Source: an uncultured virus (IMG/VR IMGVR_UViG_3300025131_000020) (Duplodnaviria > Heunggongvirae > Uroviricota > Caudoviricetes). Taken from it: a DNA stretch of 64,000 nt. The notes under the pieces are model-generated. The model saw only the letters and a program-made list of their open reading frames with translations. It did no database searches and had not been told where the DNA came from. Positions 57,378 to 64,000 of this stretch are shown piece by piece. The stretch's first letter is position 1; every line of letters begins with the position of its first letter. The stretch lies in the IMG/VR virus record IMGVR_UViG_3300025131_000020; one strand, written 5' to 3'. The translations under genes and the position numbers were made by a program.

Positions 57378-58010
57378 TTATGTATTTGTATCATATTCCC
57401 ATACACAAGTCATTCTAACAACAAGAGATGTATTTGCATAAGGTGTAATTGAAACAGCAACAGTCTCTCCTGAAGTAAAAGATGAATTAGAAAACGTAAC
57501 AGCCTTATTTGTATTTGCTGTATAGCCTGATGATCCAAGAATTACAGAATTTGACTCAAAAGCTGTAGAATTTACGCCTTGTGTCCCGTCAGATCCTGTG
57601 TGAAAACCTACTGCAGTAGTGTGTGAATTAGAGGATCCCCAGTTGCCGTTTAACTTAATCATCACTTTTTTTAGCTTTCCATCATGGGGAGCTTGAAATC
57701 CAATATCATCAGATATGTCAGAAAGGTGCCCACCATAGTCGTCAGTTATAACATTTATCGGAACAAAGCTCTTATTTGTAGTAGCTGCTGTAAAGTTATG
57801 GTAAGTATAATAATTTGACTTTCCTTTAAGATTTTCTGTAACTTTTAGACTTCCAGATATAACATTTGCATTATTAAAAGAGTCGCTGGCTAATCCTATT
57901 TGAACTCTATTGGGAAATATTACTACATCAATATCACCGTCCATAGATCCAGATCTAAGAGTCATTGACTCCATCTTTCTTACTCTATTTTCTGGAAGTT
58001 TTGCTGTCAT
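57378..58010 (-). CDS. Hypothetical beta-rich virion (fibre-like) protein, 210 aa
   Basis: VISGSLKVT then jelly-roll-like C-terminus (APHDGKLKKV..FTSGETVAVSI..TCVWEY). Confidence 0.55.
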   Translation of the reverse strand: MTAKLPENRVRKMESMTLRSGSMDGDIDVVIFPNRVQIGLASDSFNNANVISGSLKVTENLKGKSNYYTYHNFTAATTNKSFVPINVITDDYGGHLSDISDDIGFQAPHDGKLKKVMIKLNGNWGSSNSHTTAVGFHTGSDGTQGVNSTAFESNSVILGSSGYTANTNKAVTFSNSSFTSGETVAVSITPYANTSLVVRMTCVWEYDTNT

Positions 58011-58019
58011 AATTTCACA

Positions 58020-61000
58020 CTATGGACCGACTAGAGCAAATCCTGCCCATCCACTACTTAACATCGGTGACATTGTCATCGAAGATCCTCCACCATATGC
58101 AGAGCTAGGTCCTACTGTGAAAGTCGTCGTCGGTGTAACGTGAAATCCAGATGCAGTCCTGATCGGTGCCGTCGCAGTACCTCCGCTGCTCCCTCCTGAT
58201 CCTGCTGAAACAGTTCCTGCAAAGGTCATCGACCTCCCCGAGGAGACGATAACAGGTGAGCCAGCTGTCGTTGCGGGTGTTACAAGAACCATTGTCAGAG
58301 AAGGCTTTTCTACTCCAGATCCCTCACCTTCAATATACGGTACTGAAGATGTTGCAGCATTGCTTAGGTTTCTACATGTTGTATAATATGGGTCAACAGC
58401 CATAGAAGATGCAGGAACAGTAAACATGCAAGAAACAGCAGGATCTGTTAGGTTTGTTCCTCCATCAGAGCTATTTGTATTTTTATCAGATCCTGGAGGC
58501 TTATAGAATACACTATTTCTTCTCTGCTCGAGCATATCTCTGAACTGACCATATCTATCTCTTCTAAAGCAAGCCTTTGAGTTCTCAGGGTGGATATTCT
58601 TTATTCCGTATCTAAATCCGCGAGATCCAGTTGAATTTGGGTGAGCGTGGGTGTATGTGAGAACATTGTTGATCTGATTATACAGCTTACCTTTTTTATT
58701 TGTGGACCACCATGTAAAATCTATCATTCCCGGCGTTCTTGAAGACTGTCTTACACCGGATCCGTATCCCACCTCAAAGAGAATCATCTTTATAATTGTG
58801 CTATTGTGTGCATAGAAAGTTCCCCTGCCGAAGAATAGGGATTCCCCAAAAATTGCAAGAGCTGTATTTTCATCAATATTTCTAACAGGATTTCCAGAAT
58901 AAGGCCACGGCATTCTGTCATTACCCCTCTCTTGATAATAGTAGGGAGGATCAAAAACTATTGTATTTTTTGAGCCTGTTGATTGAAGCTTAGCAGCATT
59001 TGTTCTACTTGCATACGTCCATAAATCTGGCATGAGTGTATCATAAAATCTCTCAGAATCATCATATAGTGTGACTGATCTCTGAAAAGATCCTCCCCGG
59101 GGGTCAGCAGTACCTCTGACGAAGCTTCCAGCAACTCCTCTTGCTTGATCTAGCCTGCTACTTTCTCCAGACGTTCCGCCTGAAAATCCAGAAATTGTAG
59201 GAGGGTTCGTCGATATATTTGTGGATATTGTTCTATTTCCAAGAAGCCCTTTTACATCCTGGGCTAGCTTTAGAATAGGCGGATTTGTTGCTAGCTTAAC
59301 GACATCTATCTTTCCGTTATGACCATTTGAGTGTTCTATGCAAGCCTTTAAAGAGTCTGCAATCTCAACAGTAGTTCCGTTAAAGTCATACTTTGGAGGA
59401 TTTGTTGTCAGGTCTTGAGATGCGGCACCCACATAAGCCTTTGATGTTCCATCTGTCGAGATAATTGTAATCGTATTTCCAATTGCTCCCATTGGTGATG
59501 TTGGGATTGTTATTCTGGCAACAGCTTCAGCACCAGCTCCATGAGGATAGTCAGAAGAAAGCATAGAGCCTGTTACGAGATTATCAGAATAATTTCCTGC
59601 ATTTGCATGCTCAGAGGATATGTCGTACTGATCAACGATCTCTTCCTGGAGGGCTTCATGGATGGCATCTGATGTTAGGTGTTGGTTTAGTCCTCCGTGG
59701 AACTCAACTTGATCACGAATTAATGATCCGTAGAGTGTGATTGTGTGATTAGAAAGAGGTGATTCCCATTCGGGAGCGGTTTCCGGTGTGTCTGAAAAGT
59801 CATCAGGTGATATGATTCTCAGATGAGATCCAGAGAAGTGACACTGACCACCGCGTGGGTTTAATCCGGCATTTCCAGATCCGGTTATCATGGTATTAAA
59901 TCCAGGAGAAATTGCCGCGTCTAGGCCAAGAATTATCTCGTCCTCAGGGAATAGAAGATATGGTGAGATAGCTGACTGACTGTAGTCAATAATCCTAGCC
60001 CTTCCGTCTGTTGCATCGAAGTGATCAGCAAATTCTGTCTGAACAGTCTTCTTATCACCGAACGGTCTTATGACTCTTGGATCTAGCTCATAGATCTCAG
60101 ATCCCAGCTGACGTCGGGCAGAGTTTGAATCAGGTTGATACTCAATACCTGTATTTGGATCTGTTGTGATTCCAGCGCCATTGCAGAATTGTGAAAATGT
60201 CCACTTTCCATAGCTTGCTGTCACACCCGCCTTCCCCGTGTAGATGGAGGGACGAGCTGGATCGTAGGCGATGCCGGGACCTCGCTTTCCACCATCGAAG
60301 AATGCCTTGTGAGTCGTTCCTCCTGGCCAGTAATGATATATTTTAGGAACTCTTCTTGATGCCGTTGCATCTTTTGGTGATGCTGAGTTGAAGACAGCTG
60401 AGACACCATTAAAACCCTCAGAGGCAACAGCTGGAATAAGATTCATATTGACAGATCCAGTGAATTTGCTTATAATCCGAGACCCGCCTTTGATGCCCAT
60501 ATTGTGCATGAAGGCTGGTGTGTTAATAGGCCTATAAGCGTAATATCCTTCGGTTGTTCCCGCTGATCCAGAAGTAAAGACTTTTTCCTCATAGAATGTC
60601 ATAACACCGCTACAGACTAAGAATCTCTGACTTCCTGAAACATCAAATGCAGAGTCTACTCTAAAGTTCTCAGATGGATTTGTAGCAGGTGTTGTTGACC
60701 ACTTTCCACCCCTAAAGCTTCCAGACCTGTTTCTTCTCTCCTGTCTATAGATAAAGAACACATAATCATCCTGATGCCTGGTGTGTGTCCCTTTAGCAGT
60801 TGTTCCATCAATATTCCCTGCGTACTGCCTCTGTGCAGTTACATTTAAATTAACAACAACCTTTTCAAGCAAGAAAGGGTGTTGAATAAAGCTAGACATC
60901 TTAATTGCCTGACTTGATGTGGCATGATATATTGTCTTATTTGGTGCAAATGATGCAATTGTAGGTGATCCGATTTTATGATAAAAGAACGGAGCTAGAA

Positions 61001-62990
61001 GGCCTGTATTTGTACCATAAGTGAATGTATTACCAGGTGCAGTAGACCAATCAGGGGGAGACGATCCACTTTCAATCACCTGTGCAGCTGAAAACATCTT
61101 ATGCCTGCAGGGAGCAAACTGAGAGGGGTATGAATTTGTACCGCTTACAATATCATGTGTTGGTTGAGCTTCTGAATTCATTCCAACTGCAGCAAAGTCG
61201 TATTTTATGTCTGCACCTGTGACCGGATCAGAGAATCCAATCTGCTCCCATCTCTTAAGAGAATTATTCCAATAGGCAAAACCTGTCTTACTTGCTCTTC
61301 CGGCTGAAACTGTATCTAGTATTGAGTATCTTTTTATTGGCGTTCTTGATAATTCAAGTGTCTCTGTTGGTGTGATATCAAGATGAATCATCGTCTTGCT
61401 TGAGAGCCTGGATGTGAATCCTTCCATGACATCTCTTGATGTGCCTGTTAGATAGTATGATGAGCTTGAAAGAGGTATTGTCTCAATGACTGATGATCCG
61501 GCTGAATCCACACGTGTGATTGGGGGAAGGCTAACAGCTCGTGTATCATCAAATGGCCCTGATTCAATTCCAGGCGTGAATTCAATGTGATTATCTGAGA
61601 CTCCTTTTACAACTGTTCTCGTAATTGTCCCTATTGATGACGAAGGGTATAAAAAATTATCCCTAGATCCCGATTGTAGAACTTGAGGATATGAGACACC
61701 GTGTGCTCCTGTGAGAAACAGACCAAGCCCTTTTTCATTGGAGAAAACAACTGTCTTTCTATCGTCGAAAAATGTGTTATAGTTTCCCTTTGTGAGCTTA
61801 GATCCTGCTGGTGTTCTTAAATTTGTAGGATATGACCCGGTTCTACAATCCCTTCTCTTTAGTTCAAGACGAACTGGTGGGCTGATAATTCCAGATCTAT
61901 TTCTATAATATCCGTTTCTTGCAGCGTATAGTGCACTTGCAACATTTGCGATGACTGCACCAGACTGGTAGGGATAGGGAACATCTTTCCAAAATGCAAC
62001 CTCTGCTATCTCACCTTTAAATCTCTTTGTATAGCTTGTTGCAACGTAAGACCCATTAACCTGCTTTTGACCACCTATAGTAAGCTCAGGAAGATTATAA
62101 GACCCAGCCATTCCACCAAAAGAGGCATTTGTCTTTGTTGCGGCCATCCTTCTACCGTTAATGTATATGTGTGTGTCCATGGGCTGTCCAGCAGCCAGTG
62201 TAGTTCCTGTGCACCAGACGAATATGTGAACCCATTTGTTGTCTAGACATCCGTGATCTGTTCCTGTCACATCTATGTCAGTAAATTTTTTATCCATCCT
62301 TGTCTCAACATAGTCTGATGCCTCAGCAACAGCGCCCTCATATAGCCTAAAGACTAGCTGATCAGTGGAGTTATCAACATAGAGTCTATATAGTTGTCTA
62401 TCATTTGTTGATCCGCCGGCATCCTCTTGTCCCATACAAAGAATGGTATCGTCATCTGATGATCCCGCCTCTCTTTTAACCCAAGCTTGAAGACAGAATC
62501 CCAGTAAAAAAGATGCTGATGGTGTAAAGTTAGCATGACCAATGTTGCTTTCCGCAATAGCAAGAGCGCCTGCGTCATTGATAACTACAGACTGCGGCCT
62601 TCTAGTAATCGGACCATCGACAACATTGAACGGATTATCTGAGCCGTATTGTAGACCAACAGTCCCTACCTTTGTTCCGTTATAGGGAGTTGCAACTGCA
62701 GGTGGAAGCATGTTGAGTGCTGCTGGATTCTTATCAACAAGCCTCATCTGCCACCAGGAGGTCAGATATTGGGAAAAGCTATACTCTAGTGCTGTTGATC
62801 CGTGAAGACCTTTGACATTTCTCGACACACCTCCGGACCTACTGATATGATCATCAACTGTCCTTCTTGAGCATCCGACTGTCCTAACAGAGAAATTTTG
62901 TCTGAGATCTGGGAAATAGTTGTTAAGCTTTGTAGTTCTTCTAAGATCTCCGAGCTGCCTATTGCTCTTGCCTTTTTCTAAATCACTCAT
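58020..62990 (-). CDS. Very large virion protein with N-terminal LamG-like domain, 1656 aa
   Basis: FCLQAWVK..KWVHIF..HIYING..LTIGG..FKGEIAEVAFW; Gly/Ser/Thr-rich. Confidence 0.6.
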   Translation of the reverse strand: MSDLEKGKSNRQLGDLRRTTKLNNYFPDLRQNFSVRTVGCSRRTVDDHISRSGGVSRNVKGLHGSTALEYSFSQYLTSWWQMRLVDKNPAALNMLPPAVATPYNGTKVGTVGLQYGSDNPFNVVDGPITRRPQSVVINDAGALAIAESNIGHANFTPSASFLLGFCLQAWVKREAGSSDDDTILCMGQEDAGGSTNDRQLYRLYVDNSTDQLVFRLYEGAVAEASDYVETRMDKKFTDIDVTGTDHGCLDNKWVHIFVWCTGTTLAAGQPMDTHIYINGRRMAATKTNASFGGMAGSYNLPELTIGGQKQVNGSYVATSYTKRFKGEIAEVAFWKDVPYPYQSGAVIANVASALYAARNGYYRNRSGIISPPVRLELKRRDCRTGSYPTNLRTPAGSKLTKGNYNTFFDDRKTVVFSNEKGLGLFLTGAHGVSYPQVLQSGSRDNFLYPSSSIGTITRTVVKGVSDNHIEFTPGIESGPFDDTRAVSLPPITRVDSAGSSVIETIPLSSSSYYLTGTSRDVMEGFTSRLSSKTMIHLDITPTETLELSRTPIKRYSILDTVSAGRASKTGFAYWNNSLKRWEQIGFSDPVTGADIKYDFAAVGMNSEAQPTHDIVSGTNSYPSQFAPCRHKMFSAAQVIESGSSPPDWSTAPGNTFTYGTNTGLLAPFFYHKIGSPTIASFAPNKTIYHATSSQAIKMSSFIQHPFLLEKVVVNLNVTAQRQYAGNIDGTTAKGTHTRHQDDYVFFIYRQERRNRSGSFRGGKWSTTPATNPSENFRVDSAFDVSGSQRFLVCSGVMTFYEEKVFTSGSAGTTEGYYAYRPINTPAFMHNMGIKGGSRIISKFTGSVNMNLIPAVASEGFNGVSAVFNSASPKDATASRRVPKIYHYWPGGTTHKAFFDGGKRGPGIAYDPARPSIYTGKAGVTASYGKWTFSQFCNGAGITTDPNTGIEYQPDSNSARRQLGSEIYELDPRVIRPFGDKKTVQTEFADHFDATDGRARIIDYSQSAISPYLLFPEDEIILGLDAAISPGFNTMITGSGNAGLNPRGGQCHFSGSHLRIISPDDFSDTPETAPEWESPLSNHTITLYGSLIRDQVEFHGGLNQHLTSDAIHEALQEEIVDQYDISSEHANAGNYSDNLVTGSMLSSDYPHGAGAEAVARITIPTSPMGAIGNTITIISTDGTSKAYVGAASQDLTTNPPKYDFNGTTVEIADSLKACIEHSNGHNGKIDVVKLATNPPILKLAQDVKGLLGNRTISTNISTNPPTISGFSGGTSGESSRLDQARGVAGSFVRGTADPRGGSFQRSVTLYDDSERFYDTLMPDLWTYASRTNAAKLQSTGSKNTIVFDPPYYYQERGNDRMPWPYSGNPVRNIDENTALAIFGESLFFGRGTFYAHNSTIIKMILFEVGYGSGVRQSSRTPGMIDFTWWSTNKKGKLYNQINNVLTYTHAHPNSTGSRGFRYGIKNIHPENSKACFRRDRYGQFRDMLEQRRNSVFYKPPGSDKNTNSSDGGTNLTDPAVSCMFTVPASSMAVDPYYTTCRNLSNAATSSVPYIEGEGSGVEKPSLTMVLVTPATTAGSPVIVSSGRSMTFAGTVSAGSGGSSGGTATAPIRTASGFHVTPTTTFTVGPSSAYGGGSSMTMSPMLSSGWAGFALVGP

Positions 62991-63946
62991 TTTTCTCTCT
63001 TAAGCCCACCAAATGCGATGGAGTCAGTTCCAAGTGGGTTGTTAGCATGCACAAAGCCTGCCTTGGCAGATTTATGATCTCTATCTACTAGTCCAGCTGA
63101 TCTAACAGAAGATCCAGTTCCAACAAGAACTTTATAAAAACTATAGGTATCATCAATAAATGGTGCTGATGTTACATTTATATCAGATGAATATCCTGGA
63201 GCAAATAGAACAAATCCACTTCCGTCAACCATTGCAGTTTCTGCTGAATCTATGAAAGAGTCGTAAACTGTGGATCCAGTTAAATGAGTTTCCTGTAAGA
63301 TTCTATCTGATCCGTGTATTTTTTCAAAGTTTCCATCGAGAATACACGCGCTTATCTTTCTAGCTGTGAAAGGTGTTTCTGCGCCTCGGGTTGATAAAAT
63401 ATCTCTAATCGATAAGGGTTCAATAACACCGCTTAGTTGATCCGGATCCTTTAGCGCAGGATCCATTAATGTTGCCGGATATAGCTGTGAATCACCGGCA
63501 TCTTCAATAAATGATATTGCACCACCGTAAGCAGATGTTACTCCGGAAACTATCTTAGTGTTAATCCTCATTGATGCCATATCTTCAAATGGCTCGTGAT
63601 CTAAAAATAGCTTTGCCTGACCGAACTCATTGAGGCTTACAGCATGAATATTCTCAATCCTTTCTCCATCAAATCCATCAGAAGTGAGAACTGGAAGACA
63701 TCCAATTGTTGCAGTTCTATTTGTTGATGCAACGGTGGAGGGAGAATTTCTTCTAATATATCTCTTTGATACAACACTTACACCCTGTCTAAATCTGTCA
63801 ATTTTTGACGTATTCATTCCAGAAGTTGCTCTGTTCATTAGACCAAAAGAAGAGCTAACACCGATCTCTGGAAGTGAAGATTTTACAGATGACCCAGTCA
63901 GAGCCGATGGGTTTTGAAATCTATCTCTATATGGTGTAACTGGCAT
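62987..63946 (-). CDS. Hypothetical virion-cluster protein, 319 aa
   Basis: GGAG SD, ATGA overlap with the next gene. Confidence 0.65.
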   Translation of the reverse strand: MPVTPYRDRFQNPSALTGSSVKSSLPEIGVSSSFGLMNRATSGMNTSKIDRFRQGVSVVSKRYIRRNSPSTVASTNRTATIGCLPVLTSDGFDGERIENIHAVSLNEFGQAKLFLDHEPFEDMASMRINTKIVSGVTSAYGGAISFIEDAGDSQLYPATLMDPALKDPDQLSGVIEPLSIRDILSTRGAETPFTARKISACILDGNFEKIHGSDRILQETHLTGSTVYDSFIDSAETAMVDGSGFVLFAPGYSSDINVTSAPFIDDTYSFYKVLVGTGSSVRSAGLVDRDHKSAKAGFVHANNPLGTDSIAFGGLKREK

Positions 63947-63949
63947 CTA

Positions 63950-64000
63950 CTACTCCGAAAGAAAATCATCAACAAGATCAGAAAAGGTTGCTTCTCTCTC
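63950..64000 (-). CDS. 3' end of an upstream gene (...EREATFSDLVDDFLSE*)
   Basis: Open frame from the window edge to TAG at 63952-63950. Confidence 0.4.
   Translation of the reverse strand, partial: EREATFSDLVDDFLSE

Noticed and set aside
157..63917. Numerous plus-strand ORFs and short alternative-frame minus-strand ORFs in the track
   Set aside because: All lie within long motif-supported minus-strand genes, have no recognisable domains, and look like antisense or shadow frames
63944..63952. TAG TAG in frame with the next ATG, suggesting amber recoding or readthrough
   Set aside because: GGAGTAG doubles as the SD of the next gene (same arrangement at 31371); conserved proteins are full length in code 11 and end properly at TAG, TAA and TGA
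1..64000. tRNA, rRNA, CRISPR arrays, IS elements, integrase or DGR repeats
   Set aside because: Intergenic gaps are short and none shows a cloverleaf, regularly spaced repeats or transposase/RT motifs by eye; a formal scan was not possible

Overview
A 64-kb segment of a large myovirus (contractile-tailed, T4-like head module, probably a jumbo phage). Every credible gene is on the minus strand, tightly packed and read in the standard code. In transcription order (right to left): large tail/baseplate/fibre-type virion proteins (two with LamG-like domains), RuvC, primase, a fused Mre11-Rad50 (SbcD-SbcC/gp47-gp46) nuclease-ATPase, large terminase, portal, prohead protease, small prohead proteins, scaffold, gp23-like major capsid protein, a sulfotransferase, a putative decoration protein, a tubulin/FtsZ-family GTPase, neck proteins, tail terminator, two full-length tail sheath paralogues, tail tube, a tail assembly chaperone, tape measure, tube initiator, LysM/gp53-like protein and a baseplate hub. 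Signals not shown by the ORF track: (1) an unannotated chaperone extension reachable only by a +1/-2 frameshift at a T7 run; (2) two promoter classes, an ATANTTA motif before virion genes and sigma70-like promoters that appear to give leaderless mRNAs for enzymes; (3) many [ST]-[GAS]-[ST] tripeptides in virion proteins, beside a capsid-adjacent sulfotransferase; (4) a shared N-terminal helix motif on small head-region proteins; (5) a pseudoknot-like 5' leader. Product calls rest on motif recognition and synteny only; no database searches were run.
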